Shown here: in pieces, positions 38,322 through 50,400 of the stretch
Position numbering within the stretch: the first letter of the stretch is position 1
Layout: the number at the start of each line of letters is the position of its first letter
Notes under the pieces: generated by a model
Database searches by the model: none
The model's input: only the letters and a program-made list of their open reading frames with translations
Told to the model about the DNA's origin: nothing
Source of the DNA: a virus
Virus record (IMG/VR): IMGVR_UViG_3300005264_000001
Coordinates: 1-64,000 of that record
Direction: 5' to 3' (one strand)
Length of the DNA stretch: 64,000 nucleotides
Made by a program: the position numbers and the translations under genes

Positions 38322-38929
38322 TTGTTAACTCTCTCATCTTGTTCAGTAAAACTCTTATATGCGTTTGTAAAGAATCCTGTTACACTTGAAATTAATCCTG
38401 ATTTCTCAGCTCCACCTGTTTGTTCAATTAAATTACCTGTTCTATTATTATAAGTATTCAAGAATGCTCTTTTACTTGCGAAGTTAATTAAATTAATTGT
38501 CAGTATTTTACTTACAACATCTTTTGCTTCGATAAGTGTTAAACTTCCTATTTTCTCATAAGGATTAGGTTGATTAGTCACAAATACAGGTTTACTAATA
38601 AAGTACCTATTTGACGACGTGGGATTGTTATACGGTGATAAAAACTCTACAGTTTCTCCACTTTTAACTAAGTCAAATAAAAGATTTTTCTTTCTTTCTA
38701 AATCGTCAATATCATCACCAATTAATTTTACATCGATTGGTATTTGTATTGTTTCGATTCCATTGTTGTAAACTACAGATGAGTTCCCACTTGCAGCTTC
38801 TCTTATGATTATTCTATTATTTACAGACTCTGTAAAAGATTGAACATATCCCATTTCAATAAATTCATCATCTTTCTTAGTATTTATATCATGTGTTCTC
38901 ACTAATTTAAATTTACTTTCTACTACCAT
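38318..38929 (-). CDS. tail tube initiator/baseplate protein
   Basis: Synteny between tape measure and hub. Confidence 0.55.
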   Translation of the reverse strand: MVVESKFKLVRTHDINTKKDDEFIEMGYVQSFTESVNNRIIIREAASGNSSVVYNNGIETIQIPIDVKLIGDDIDDLERKKNLLFDLVKSGETVEFLSPYNNPTSSNRYFISKPVFVTNQPNPYEKIGSLTLIEAKDVVSKILTINLINFASKRAFLNTYNNRTGNLIEQTGGAEKSGLISSVTGFFTNAYKSFTEQDERVNK

Positions 38930-40176
38930 TATCTAACACCACTTAAATCTCTAGCCATTACATCAGCAAATCCTGCTGCTCCTGCTCCACTTATTTCTCT
39001 TGAAGTGTGAACATTCACATTATTTACGTGTGAGACAGCTTGTCTCTCTCTTGCTGAACTTCTAAGACTACTCTTTGAATCTTCATCCACGTTTTTCTCT
39101 TCTCTTACAGTTATCGTTTTATCATCACTTCCACCAAATATTTTATCAAACCACTCCCCTACTTGTTTAATAGGTTCCCATAGAGCCCAAACAATAGCCA
39201 CAAGTGCTGCAACTCCCATAATTACCATTCCTAAAGGATTAGCATTTAAAGCAAAGTTTAACAACCATTGAGCAGCTGTCCAAGCATGAGTCATAGCAAT
39301 TATTCCTAAACCTACAGTTTTGTAAATTGCTAATGGAACTAATACAACACCTAAGATTTTTCCGAAGTTTTTCATTACATCTATTCCATTTTTAGTTGTT
39401 CCAAATAAGTCTTGTAACACTTCACCAACTGCTTGACCGATGTCTAAGATTGGACCTAATCCTATCATGAATCCTTCAGCAATTCCTGAAGCTAAATCTA
39501 CAATTCCATTTAGTATACTAAATATTGGTCGTAATACAATATCAATTAATGGACTTATCTTTCTTAATGCTTTTGACATTATCGTCCCAAATCTCGACAT
39601 ACTACCTTTTAAATTACCCATGAACCCGTTCCATTTAGTTTGAATTCCTCCAACATTGACGTCCCAAGCTTTCTTTAATGATTTAAAAGCAATAACTCCA
39701 ACAGCTGCAATTCCTGCAATCACTGTTCCCATCATTAAAAGTTTTGGTAAAACTGTTTTTACTTTTAAAAGTAGACTTGAAAAATTCATATTTACAAGTC
39801 TAGAACCGTCATCAGCAATTATGAAAGCATCAGCTGCCCCTGCTAAACTAGTAGCAAAACCTACTCCATTTTCTCTCATAGCTTTAAAATTTTCAGAAGC
39901 ATTTTTACTTCTATCACTAACACTAGATAAAAATCCTTTTGTGTCTTTATTTAGTAATGTATTCAATGCTGTTACTTTTGCTCCCATACTTTCTAATTTA
40001 TATATAATATTAGAAGCAGGCGATGATAAATCGGATAATGCACTTTTAGTTTTATCTAAATTCTTTGTAAAATCTGAATTTTGTCTTGCTTGTGATATTT
40101 TATCATTTAAACTACCAACTTTACTAGACAAAGCTCCAAATCCTTTTTCTCCAAATACTATTTCAAACATTCCCAT
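38929..40176 (-). CDS. tape measure protein
   Basis: AWTAAQWLLNFALNANPLG motif; A/G-rich helices. Confidence 0.88.
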   Translation of the reverse strand: MGMFEIVFGEKGFGALSSKVGSLNDKISQARQNSDFTKNLDKTKSALSDLSSPASNIIYKLESMGAKVTALNTLLNKDTKGFLSSVSDRSKNASENFKAMRENGVGFATSLAGAADAFIIADDGSRLVNMNFSSLLLKVKTVLPKLLMMGTVIAGIAAVGVIAFKSLKKAWDVNVGGIQTKWNGFMGNLKGSMSRFGTIMSKALRKISPLIDIVLRPIFSILNGIVDLASGIAEGFMIGLGPILDIGQAVGEVLQDLFGTTKNGIDVMKNFGKILGVVLVPLAIYKTVGLGIIAMTHAWTAAQWLLNFALNANPLGMVIMGVAALVAIVWALWEPIKQVGEWFDKIFGGSDDKTITVREEKNVDEDSKSSLRSSARERQAVSHVNNVNVHTSREISGAGAAGFADVMARDLSGVR

Positions 40177-40177
40177 T

Positions 40178-40683
40178 TTATTCTTTATTTTCCTCCCTTT
40201 GTATCAATAACCAATCTGCAAATAATTCGTATATTTCTGACCACGTATGATTTTCTAAAATTTCAAAACGTGTTTTTTGATATGCTATTGCAACTCTAGC
40301 TAAGATATATTCTTTGTAACTTCTCCTTTTATCTAAATGTGGTTGAAAAGTTTTGAGGATGTCAACATCCCCTGAACCACTTAATCTAAAAAATCTATAT
40401 CCTCAGTAACTACATTATAAGCTAATGCTAATCTACTAATGATACCTTCACCTAATTCATAAAATTCATCTTCTTTTAATGTTGAATCTTTAAGTGCCCA
40501 AAATAATTTAACTAACTCTGGTGATTCTTTAATTTCAGCTGCTCTTGTTTTTACTTGAGCTGCTAATTTTCCTGATAATTCTTTAAGAGTATATTCTACT
40601 CCTCTAATAGTCGCTGTAACACTTCCATCACTATTTACTTTTGTAAATTCTTTAACCTTTGATTTTAAATTTGTAACTTCCAT
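40178..40683 (-). CDS. tail assembly chaperone (100 aa, stop at 40381) with -1 frameshift extension to 40178
   Basis: Slippery T TTT TTA at 40387-40393, downstream stem-loop, and a -1 frame open up to the TAA abutting the tape measure ATG. Confidence 0.85.
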
Positions 40684-40688
40684 TTTAT

Positions 40689-41105
40689 TTATTCTGTTTC
40701 TCTAAAGTCTAATGCATCAAATGGCATACTTGACTTTGCTTCATCTGCTAATCCTACGGACCATGTATAGTTCTTAAATACTGCTGATTTAATACTAATT
40801 CTTACAGGTCTTCCATTCTTTGAAACTACTCCCATTAAATTAAATTCTGGATTATCTCCTTCATCTAAATCTAGTAAATGTTTTACTGGTTCTAAGTCTA
40901 AACTTGAAATATCACAACTTCCACTTACTGACATTACACCTTTATTATGTGCTACGTTTTTCTTACTTCCTGCTTCTCCGATAAGTTTATTATCCCAAGC
41001 AACTTCACAAGAAAGAGAATTAATTCCTCCTACTCTTATGTCTCCTTTATCTTTTGTTTCAAAAGTGATAGTCATGTCTGTTAAATTATATGCTTTTTTA
41101 CTCAT
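40689..41105 (-). CDS. tail tube protein
   Basis: 138 aa, directly after the sheath. Confidence 0.8.
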   Translation of the reverse strand: MSKKAYNLTDMTITFETKDKGDIRVGGINSLSCEVAWDNKLIGEAGSKKNVAHNKGVMSVSGSCDISSLDLEPVKHLLDLDEGDNPEFNLMGVVSKNGRPVRISIKSAVFKNYTWSVGLADEAKSSMPFDALDFRETE

Positions 41106-41106
41106 T

Positions 41107-42453
41107 TTAGTTTACCTCCAATGTAATATATGATTTGTTTACAGCGTAAAATGGTGCAATCTTTACAATCCATTTAACTGCGTCTGCTCCGTCAACATCT
41201 TCTGATTGTGTTGGTAAGAACGCTTTTAGTAATTCGTTACTAACTAAACCACTTAGAATGTTATCCATTGACATAGCGTGTTTAATTCTATTTTTTGTAC
41301 TATCAGGACTTCCTAAGATTTGTTCATCTGAATAATTTTGTAATAGTTGTTTAACTGAATATACAATATCTGTAATTACTTGTTCAAATGCTGGACTTGT
41401 CTTATCACTAAAACTTGTTATAGCTCTTGATACTTTAAATACATTTTGATATTTTCCAAATGGGATTAATCCAATACTTAAATAATTATCTTGTTCTAAC
41501 TTAGTTAATGATTTTTCAATTCCTTCATTTTTAAATTCTTTCATTGTTGTACTTACACCTAAACCATAAAATGTTACCATTCCAGCGTAACCACAAGCAG
41601 AATATGAAGCATCTAAATGTTCAACAGCATTTGAGTTACTTTTATTTGTGTAATCACACCCAAGTGCTAATCTTGAAATCATTTCACCATTAGCTGTTCT
41701 TGCTTCAGATACTGAAAAGTCTTCTGCTAATGTAATTCCTGTATAGTATTGTGAAAATTTCTTCTCTAAATCAGCTCTCACTATTAATTTTCCTACGATT
41801 GTATTATGAAAGGCATCTGTTGTTTGTCCTGGAATCAATAATACATCATAATCAACTAAATTTAAACTATCAACTGCTGTTAAAATTTCAGTTTCTGATG
41901 GTGCTCTATCTGTTCCTCCTGCTAATTGAGTAGTTGTGAAAGGTCTTACAAGATTATCTACTGCACCACTTCTCACAGTTACATTAACCCATTTACTAAC
42001 ACTTAATTTAGTTACAAGGTCTGAATTTTTAACAACTCCTGTATAAATTTCAACTGAATTTCCAAACTTCACTGTTACGATTCCACTTACTGCGTCAATC
42101 TCAACTGTATATTTATTTCCTAATGTTCCCTCAGTAATTGCATCAAATACAACATCTCCGGATTCCACTGATAATGTAGCTTTTGTACTTCCTGAACCGG
42201 CTACTCTTTTAAATTGTAATCCTGAACCAAAGTTACTAAAGAATTGTTTCACAGCTTTTACTCCTGTTAAACCTCCTGTATTATCATCACTTCCAAATTT
42301 ATTAGCAAAATCACTTTCTCCAGTGATTGGTGTTAATTCATCTATAATTCCTGAATTAGCAGTTCCTAACATAATTGTTTTTCTTGTACTAACTCCTTGC
42401 GCCAGACTTTGTAAAAAGACTGTACTTATTTTTGTTTCTGGTAAATATTCCAT
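41107..42453 (-). CDS. tail sheath protein
   Basis: FANKFG, FKRV, GTLGN, LAGGTD, LLIPG. Confidence 0.88.
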   Translation of the reverse strand: MEYLPETKISTVFLQSLAQGVSTRKTIMLGTANSGIIDELTPITGESDFANKFGSDDNTGGLTGVKAVKQFFSNFGSGLQFKRVAGSGSTKATLSVESGDVVFDAITEGTLGNKYTVEIDAVSGIVTVKFGNSVEIYTGVVKNSDLVTKLSVSKWVNVTVRSGAVDNLVRPFTTTQLAGGTDRAPSETEILTAVDSLNLVDYDVLLIPGQTTDAFHNTIVGKLIVRADLEKKFSQYYTGITLAEDFSVSEARTANGEMISRLALGCDYTNKSNSNAVEHLDASYSACGYAGMVTFYGLGVSTTMKEFKNEGIEKSLTKLEQDNYLSIGLIPFGKYQNVFKVSRAITSFSDKTSPAFEQVITDIVYSVKQLLQNYSDEQILGSPDSTKNRIKHAMSMDNILSGLVSNELLKAFLPTQSEDVDGADAVKWIVKIAPFYAVNKSYITLEVN

Positions 42454-42456
42454 TTT

Positions 42457-43068
42457 TTAATTTTCTGTTTTTACTTCGATTCTAGAATCTGTTATTAGTT
42501 TTCCAGCAATTCCTGTAATAGGGTCTGCTTTTCCGTAAACTCTTTTCCACGTTTCCATGTATTCAACTCTATATTGTAATCTTGATGTCCAAAAATATTT
42601 CCCGTCATCAAATGATTTCTCTTCATTAATTAAATCAAAATCATAAAAGATATCTTTCCACTCATCTAATGTTGAATTTACAAGATAACTTACAATTCCT
42701 TTTACATATTCATTTGCTGCTTTTCCGTATATTGTGTGAACACTTTCATCTGGTAGAGTTACAGTAACAACTTTATCTTTATTTCTATGAGTATATACCC
42801 ATAGATTCATTTTTGTTCTATATCTACGTCCGTATGTTTCTTCTATGGTACCGTCTGTATTGTGTACAATACATAAAAAATTATCATCACCTACTGGAAC
42901 ATACTCTCCATCTTCTGAAAGTTCATATGTTACTTGTGGTAAGTTTGCCTTAGTCTCTGGATATGTCGGATAAAACCATCTAGACCCTATATTAAAAGGG
43001 TTTGCATATTCTTTTACTAAGTCTTCCATCTTGAAGACTACATCTACATTTGTTATTCCTGTTTCCAT
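42457..43068 (-). CDS. tail terminator/neck protein
   Basis: Synteny; YPETKANLPQVT. Confidence 0.55.
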   Translation of the reverse strand: METGITNVDVVFKMEDLVKEYANPFNIGSRWFYPTYPETKANLPQVTYELSEDGEYVPVGDDNFLCIVHNTDGTIEETYGRRYRTKMNLWVYTHRNKDKVVTVTLPDESVHTIYGKAANEYVKGIVSYLVNSTLDEWKDIFYDFDLINEEKSFDDGKYFWTSRLQYRVEYMETWKRVYGKADPITGIAGKLITDSRIEVKTEN

Positions 43069-43203
43069 TTTTTCCAGAGACTGAGTTGTTACAATCTAAA
43101 ATCAAAGTAAGGTAGTAATTAACCTTAATATTAATAAATTAATTTTCTTTTTTAAATATATTTTAAAAGATAGATTTATAAAGACGTATCTATTCTTTTT
43201 AAT

Positions 43204-43635
43204 ATGTTAAATAAAAAACTACTTAAATCACAAAAAGTCACATTGAAGAATGTGAAAAAGATAGAGGAACATATGGAGACATCTAAAGATTTGATGTTAA
43301 AGATAAATGAAGGACTATACACTATGAGTGATAATTCAATATTGGAGTATATTGTAGATACTTGGAAATTAAATGAAAGAATAATACAAAACTTATGGAA
43401 TTTTGAATCTAATGAATTGTATGTTGTTCATAAACTTATATCGTCGATTGAACACGATATCACTCATTCTAAGATGAGATTATTACTAGGTAATAACATT
43501 TATCACAAAGTAATAGAAACACCTCAAATGATGGCTAATACGTGTACAATGATAAATGGAGAAATAGCAATATATCCTTGTGATATTAAGAATGCTATAA
43601 ATGGTTTGTTAGGTAATTATACTTATTTTGATTAA
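43204..43635 (+). CDS. hypothetical protein (inserted cassette)
   Basis: Own TATA 21 nt upstream; antisense to the virion block. Confidence 0.65.
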   Translation: MLNKKLLKSQKVTLKNVKKIEEHMETSKDLMLKINEGLYTMSDNSILEYIVDTWKLNERIIQNLWNFESNELYVVHKLISSIEHDITHSKMRLLLGNNIYHKVIETPQMMANTCTMINGEIAIYPCDIKNAINGLLGNYTYFD

Positions 43636-43693
43636 AATGGATGATTCACAAGTATTTGTAATTATAATGATTATTTTATGGTTATTATTCTAA

Positions 43694-44119
43694 TTATTTA
43701 ACATTGAAAAATTCATATTTCTTGTATAGTATTTTCATAAATTCTATATCGATTAAATTATCAAATCCTTTTTCTAGATTTTTATCGTTTAATATCTTAT
43801 CAATAAATTTAAGTGCTTTTGTTCCGGGATGATTTACTTCCGTAGCAAAACCTGTTTGACCGTTTCCAGCATTCCAAGCTAATACTCCACCCGGTTTAGC
43901 TTTAATCTTGTGAGCCTTGGTTCCATCATTTAAAAATGTTATAATATCTCCAAACGGATTTTGTAATATTACATCGTTTCCAACTATATTAACTTCCCAA
44001 CCGTCTGCTGTATCTCCTGTCTTGTGTGGTGTCTTCTCAATAAATACAGGTAAATAAATTCTACTAACAGCTATCATAATTGCTTTGTTTATCTCATCTT
44101 TACTTACTTCATATGCCAT
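43694..44119 (-). CDS. HK97 gp10-like neck protein
   Basis: TPHKTG, GTKAH.I, VNHPGTK. Confidence 0.8.
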   Translation of the reverse strand: MAYEVSKDEINKAIMIAVSRIYLPVFIEKTPHKTGDTADGWEVNIVGNDVILQNPFGDIITFLNDGTKAHKIKAKPGGVLAWNAGNGQTGFATEVNHPGTKALKFIDKILNDKNLEKGFDNLIDIEFMKILYKKYEFFNVK

Positions 44120-44120
44120 T

Positions 44121-44546
44121 TTATTCTTTACTTGTTGATATAATATCAAATCTTACAAATGAGTCATCATAACCCAACTGTGATTGGTCAATGTCAGCAA
44201 CTCTAAATCTTTTTCCATTAGTAAACTCTATTGTATTGTCTTTCATTAAATTTACTCCTACTTTCATTATTGCACTATAAAGTACTTCACCTGCTTGGAT
44301 ATATCCTTCTTTTTCTAATTTCCATCTATTCTTTTTACTAGAATGAATACTAATCTCAATCTCAGTTCTATTTTCTACTTCTTTACTTTCATCTGTTGTT
44401 TTCCAACCTGTGTATGTCCCAGGTGCTTGTACTTGATTTGGAATTCTAATTAATACAGCATTAACTTTATTCGAGTTAAATAAATATTCAAATTCTTTAT
44501 TAAAAAGATTAATTGAAAATTCCTTATCTTCTCCGAATAATCCCAT
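44121..44546 (-). CDS. head closure protein
   Basis: Synteny; C-terminal IEF.NGKRFRV. Confidence 0.55.
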   Translation of the reverse strand: MGLFGEDKEFSINLFNKEFEYLFNSNKVNAVLIRIPNQVQAPGTYTGWKTTDESKEVENRTEIEISIHSSKKNRWKLEKEGYIQAGEVLYSAIMKVGVNLMKDNTIEFTNGKRFRVADIDQSQLGYDDSFVRFDIISTSKE

Positions 44547-45213
44547 TGTGACCTCCGTTTGAGTAATCATGATTAATATTTACATCCATTACATCTACTC
44601 CCTTAATATTTATAGATTTTATTGAGATATCATCTTCTGTTTCATTTATGTATTCGTCAACACTTTGTTTATCGAATACAATATCAATTCCATTAATTTG
44701 TTTAGTTGTCATTCCTTGTTGTAATTTGAATGGTGATAATGTTCTGAATAAATAAATAATAACATACAACTCTTCAATTTCTTTAACAAGTAAATCTAAC
44801 TTAGAAAAATCCTCAATCATATATTTGTATTGAATACTCAGTGTATGATTTGAAGGAATTACAAATTCAGGTTTAAATGTTAAGTAACTTTTACCATTAG
44901 GATGCCCAGGTAAAAAACTTTGTATGTTAGTAACAGGTACATTATTTACAGTAAAGGGTGGTTCACTCATATAAGTAGTTATATTTATATCATCAATGTC
45001 TATTAATTTATCAAAATTAACATCCGCAATGTATTGTTTTAATTCATAATATTCTTTAACTGTTGTTGATTTGATTTCATCAGGTAAAAATATTGTCTCT
45101 AATAATCTTTTTCTAGAATAATTTAAAGCATCAATCATAATTGTATCATTATAGATAAAATCATATTTTGTTTTAATTTCTAGTACTCTTGTTGTATCAT
45201 CTAATACTCCCAT
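44524..45213 (-). CDS. head-tail adaptor
   Basis: Synteny; late-type promoter upstream. Confidence 0.55.
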   Translation of the reverse strand: MGVLDDTTRVLEIKTKYDFIYNDTIMIDALNYSRKRLLETIFLPDEIKSTTVKEYYELKQYIADVNFDKLIDIDDINITTYMSEPPFTVNNVPVTNIQSFLPGHPNGKSYLTFKPEFVIPSNHTLSIQYKYMIEDFSKLDLLVKEIEELYVIIYLFRTLSPFKLQQGMTTKQINGIDIVFDKQSVDEYINETEDDISIKSINIKGVDVMDVNINHDYSNGGHNGIIRRR

Positions 45214-45244
45214 AATAATAAATAATAAAAATTAGTTTTTAAAC

Positions 45245-45499
45245 TTATTTTAAATAAGCAATATACCCGATTAAACTTCCTACCATTGTTAGTAAGGTTG
45301 TTATAAATAACCACATTAATGTATTTAATCTAGTTTCTGTTGTTTTACTAGCATATTTATTAGGTAAATTTTCTAAAGCTAGGAGTACTTTTGCTTCAAA
45401 TCCTTTCCTTTCTTCTCTATCTTTTTCCTGCGACTCCTTCATATATTCTATGTCCTTTTTCATTATAGTCACATCCTCTTCTAGTTTATCCATTTTCAT
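45245..45499 (-). CDS. coiled-coil protein with C-terminal TM (XhlA/holin-like)
   Basis: Coiled coil followed by a hydrophobic tail. Confidence 0.55.
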   Translation of the reverse strand: MKMDKLEEDVTIMKKDIEYMKESQEKDREERKGFEAKVLLALENLPNKYASKTTETRLNTLMWLFITTLLTMVGSLIGYIAYLK

Positions 45500-45555
45500 T
45501 TTGTTTTATCTTTTAGTCTAATAAAGTCTAAAAATATATTGTTTTTAAATATATT

Positions 45556-46083
45556 TTAAACATTTATTTCTTGAATCTCTTCTTTTTTTATTTGATTGTG
45601 ATATTCTGACTTAGTAAGAACCTTATCTACTCCAAAGTAATTAATCCATTGTCTCAATTCTTCATCAGATAAAACAGAATGTCTGTTCCCGTTTGAATCT
45701 CTTGCTCCAATACTTAATAAGATATTTCTATCTTCTGAGTCATGAGAAATACTATATTCACTCCATGATTTTTGTTCAGTAATAACATCCCCTTCTTTAT
45801 CTAGACTAGGAATCATTCTATAAGCATCGACTTCAATTTCGTTACCATCTTTGTCAATGCCAGGAACTTTATACCTTTCTTGAATCATTATAGGTTTACT
45901 TGAATTGATAAAATCTACAGGTACGAGACTGTTGAGCTTCTTGTTATCTATTTTAACTGCACCAATAAATCCAATAATTGCTACTTCGCTTCTATAAGCG
46001 TCTATAAATTCTTGATGAGAAATAGAAGGTTTGATTATCTCTATTCTCTCTTTTGTTAAATCTATTATATTTGTTTCTTCCAT
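45556..46083 (-). CDS. hypothetical virion-block protein
   Basis: ORF in the late operon. Confidence 0.6.
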   Translation of the reverse strand: MEETNIIDLTKERIEIIKPSISHQEFIDAYRSEVAIIGFIGAVKIDNKKLNSLVPVDFINSSKPIMIQERYKVPGIDKDGNEIEVDAYRMIPSLDKEGDVITEQKSWSEYSISHDSEDRNILLSIGARDSNGNRHSVLSDEELRQWINYFGVDKVLTKSEYHNQIKKEEIQEINV

Positions 46084-46085
46084 TT

Positions 46086-47447
46086 TTAAGGTCTCCAAAA
46101 GTAACCATCTACTTTCACGTTTGTAATAACAGCACTTCCTGATAAAGTGTCTTCTGGGTCGTTACCTAGTCTATAAAAACTTATTATAATTTCTTCTCCA
46201 GGAACTAATGTGTTAACGGGAATTAAAAAACTTGCTGTCCTTCTTGTATTTTGATTTCCTGCTTCAAATGTATCTATAGCGGTACTTGTAAAGTCAGGAG
46301 TGTTTGACGTCGAGTAAACAAAACCATCTTTAACATGAATTGCATCTATTCCAAACTTGACAGCACCAGCATTATCTGATGTTGGGTAACCAGTAATATT
46401 TAAGGTCATGGGGATACTTGTATCTAATCCCTCAGGAATGGTTATCGGAATAATAAAGCCATCTTCGGTATTATCTACGAATTTATTGTCATTAATATCT
46501 CCAACCATACCATTAGCATAGTTTATGTTTTGACTTCCTGGGTTTTTTGATATGTTTTGTAATGTGTTACTCACTCCTGCAAATAATGTTTTTTGGTATC
46601 TACTTTTCCCAAAATATTCTGTTGAACCATCTGCATTAATTTCAAATCTATTAGTATGCATTTTTAATTGTTCTATAGTTATATCGGTTGTGATGTCAGA
46701 TGTTATTAAAAATCTTGCCCAATATTTAGTATAATCTGTTCCATTAATATTTAAAGTAACCTTGTTCCATGGAACTGGTAGGTTTGACGGATTGAATCCA
46801 AATCTCCATTGTTCAGAAGAACTATTCAAAGCACCAAGAACGTTTCCTCGTTGTGTATAAGGATAATTTGCATCAGTAGCCATAAAATTTGCAGTTGCCC
46901 AGGTCGTGTCGTTTTCTAAATATTCACCAATAACATTTTCTGGTTCAACATCACCTGCAATGTCAATCTTAGCCTTAACACCACTAAATGTATAATCACT
47001 TCCAACAAGAACATATTTTCCAGTAGTTGTCCCATTAAATAATCCGACTGTAGAACCTGTATCGCTTGACAATTCGGTAGTTACATCTGTTGCTCCTGTT
47101 ATGGTTAATCCAGTAGTGTTTGATATGTCACAATGCCACGCACTACCAACCTTAGGAACACCTTCTGGTGTAGTGTCTTCCTTTCCAACACCATATGAAT
47201 CCCCTTCTCCAAATACTGATTCTTTTGAATTACTAGGTTTTCCAACTGAAAATTGTTCAGTACAAATAATTCCTTTATCGTCTCCTATATTAACTGCTTC
47301 TAAATAAGGAACAGCTGTTCCCTCTCCAAGATAAGTTTTCATAGCAGAGTTAGGAACTGTAACTGAGTTCCCTTCTTCACTTACTCCACGTGTAAAATCG
47401 TTATCATCTACACTTGTTTTTATTGTTAAATTTTTTTCTTTTACCAT
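46086..47447 (-). CDS. putative virion structural/decoration protein
   Basis: T/G/S-rich beta protein in the late operon. Confidence 0.6.
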   Translation of the reverse strand: MVKEKNLTIKTSVDDNDFTRGVSEEGNSVTVPNSAMKTYLGEGTAVPYLEAVNIGDDKGIICTEQFSVGKPSNSKESVFGEGDSYGVGKEDTTPEGVPKVGSAWHCDISNTTGLTITGATDVTTELSSDTGSTVGLFNGTTTGKYVLVGSDYTFSGVKAKIDIAGDVEPENVIGEYLENDTTWATANFMATDANYPYTQRGNVLGALNSSSEQWRFGFNPSNLPVPWNKVTLNINGTDYTKYWARFLITSDITTDITIEQLKMHTNRFEINADGSTEYFGKSRYQKTLFAGVSNTLQNISKNPGSQNINYANGMVGDINDNKFVDNTEDGFIIPITIPEGLDTSIPMTLNITGYPTSDNAGAVKFGIDAIHVKDGFVYSTSNTPDFTSTAIDTFEAGNQNTRRTASFLIPVNTLVPGEEIIISFYRLGNDPEDTLSGSAVITNVKVDGYFWRP

Positions 47448-47449
47448 TT

Positions 47450-50400
47450 TTAATTGTTTAATATATAATCTCCATTTTCATCTAATATAAAGTCATAGTT
47501 TTCATCTTTTAAATAAGGGTCATTAATAAATTTAAGAACCTTGTCAGTTTCATCATCTGTTAATGTATCTTCATAAACTAAAAAGTTCTTGATTTGTTGT
47601 TGCTCAGCCTTTGATACATCCATAAATATATTATGATTGTTATAAACATCTCCCAATGAGTCTTGCATATTTTTGAATGAAATCTTGTTTGGAACTTCTG
47701 CTGTATATAAAAAGTCAAGTCCCGCATCAGCCTTAATCAGTGCAGGTGCTACTGGTTCTTGAATTAATGTTTCAGCGTTGTTGTGAAACTTCCCGCTAGG
47801 GTTACTTAAGGTGTTTCCTAAAGCGTCAAGCCCTGTATTGCCTAGTTGTGCTGGAATGCATAAAGTATCACAACCATAAATAATTCCATTCTCTCCATCA
47901 ACGGTATCAATATATTTATTCCCATTAACTCTTCTCCAATCACCTAATACTACACCTGTAGGTCCTCTTGCACTTAATGTATGGACAATACCTTTTACAT
48001 ATCCACCAGCTTGAAGACCTAAAGTAGGATTAACTGAACTTAAATTAGGAGTAACTGACGGAATAGTTCCTATAAAAGTTAAAGTCTGAGTAACTCCATT
48101 AATACTTAATTGCAACCTGTTTGCATTGCTTGTTTCATTACCTTGGAATACTAAAGTTGCTTTAATTCTTCCTGTATCACTGAACTCAACATAACCGTAG
48201 CTTAGTGAGTCATCTCTAATAACCGCGTAAATTCTACCATTGGTATGCCATAATAATTGAATATAAGAATCATTATCTAAAAACTGTTGAAAACAAACAC
48301 TGTCAGTTGTGTTGTGTTTTTCTATATCCATACTGATATGAAGATATGATGAATTACTTATATCAATTGTAGGGAACTCCACATAATCATCAACTCCGTC
48401 AAACATTAAAGATGTACTAAATCCATCAAGTAAATTATGAGGTCTTTGATTATCTTTAGCATGAAATGTACTTAAATCAGCATCAATAATAGTACCATTA
48501 GCAGTTTTTGATATTATTTCGTTTATGGTAATATTATCTATAACTCCATCAAAATAACCTCTAGTTGTAAATTGTATATAAACATCTCCAGAATCATCTA
48601 ACTCAAAATCAACAGAAATTTTTCCAGTTGTTTCTGTATTTGTTATCAATTTTAAAAATGTTCCACCAAGTGTTCTTCTTAAGGAAATATCCCAGTCATC
48701 AGTTCCAGAGTTTTTTATAACATCAGCCTCAAATCTATATTTTTTTGAGTGGTCTATATAAAACGGCATTGATGTCCCACCATATTTATTAGAAACATTA
48801 TCACCAGTAATATGTAATTTTCCATTATCTATTTCAAATGTATTCAAATCATTATTAACCCAACCATTTAATTCATTGTCAAAATTACCATTAGTGACTA
48901 ATTCATCACCAAAGTTAATCGGAACTGTATCATAAACTGTATCTCCAGCACCTTCTGCAAAGTTCCAGTTGTTAATAATTGCTCCAGCTCTGTTTCTTCT
49001 AGTTACATTATACATCTTACCATCTGAAACTAAAGAACTAAGTTTACCAATTCTGAACTCTTGTGCAAATCCTGGCATTGTTGCTGGAAAATCTCCTGAA
49101 TAATCAAGAGACACTTCTGAATCATTGATATATAATTTTACTCTATCATTACCAGTTAATGTTCCGTCATAGACTGCTCTAATACTAGCTGGGTTATCGT
49201 ATTCGTTAAAGAAATATGACGCACTACTTGTAGTGTCATATTTTGCATACACTGAAATATATCCATTTGAGTACCACATAATTCCTGCTGAATTAGTAGC
49301 ACCACCGTATTGTGAAAGATTTATAATACCAGAAGAATCTTTCATAGCCTTCATTTCGAAATCAAAATAATCCACTCTACTTAAATCTATATTTTCTTTA
49401 TCGAATCTAATATATGAAGAACCATCGAACTGCGTACAATTACTTTCAACTAAGTCAGCATTATATCTGACAAGTCCTTTGTATGTTGGTGTGTTACCTA
49501 ATACGTCTTTACCATCTGTTCTGATTGGTATGTTTAATATTTCACATCCATCAATAATTCCATTATTGTTATTATTACTTGAATCAGGTAATGTTGAACT
49601 AGTTACATTTTTAAAGTCAGCATTATATAATAAATCAGCATCACTTACTTTTATATTATTAGTTAAGTGTTCAACTTCTATTTGTGTTAATGCTCTACCC
49701 CACAATTTACTATCAAGTAGTAAACCTGACATAAATCCTACATCTGTGTTAGCTCCTAATGTTACAATAGATGTTTCAACACTTATACTTCCAGTAGAAC
49801 CTCCTGATTGGTTTAATATTCCATCAACATATAATTTTCCAATTGTACCATCGTATGTAGCAACAATATCATGAACTTTTCCATCAGCAATATTGATACT
49901 CCCAAGATGAGTCACTAAATCCCAAATGTTACCATCACCAGAAACACTAAAATCTATTACGTTATTATTAGTTTCTAATGCCCAGCATCTACCTCCTTTG
50001 AACTTTATAGCTAAGCTTCTATAACCAGTACCAAAATCTTCTGATTTTACTCTAGAGTAAATAGTAAGTGCATTAGTTGCATCTAGTGAAGTATCATTTC
50101 CTAAATTTACATAATCATTATATCCATTAAATTTTAAAGATGTAGTATATCCTTCTTCATTTTGGAATGAATCAAAACTGTTATCAGTAGCGTGGAACGT
50201 AGATAAATCAGCGTTCTTGATTTCTCCATTAACTGGGATTGTACTACATTTATAATTTTTATAAGTTGCTGTTTCTGCTCCTGTTGAACCCAATACTAGA
50301 TATGTTGTTGGTGATGTCGCAGTAAATTCAAAACTTTGAAATCCTGTGATGTCGTCACTTTGTAATAAAGTGCTTCCATAATTTGAACCATTGGGTGGTG

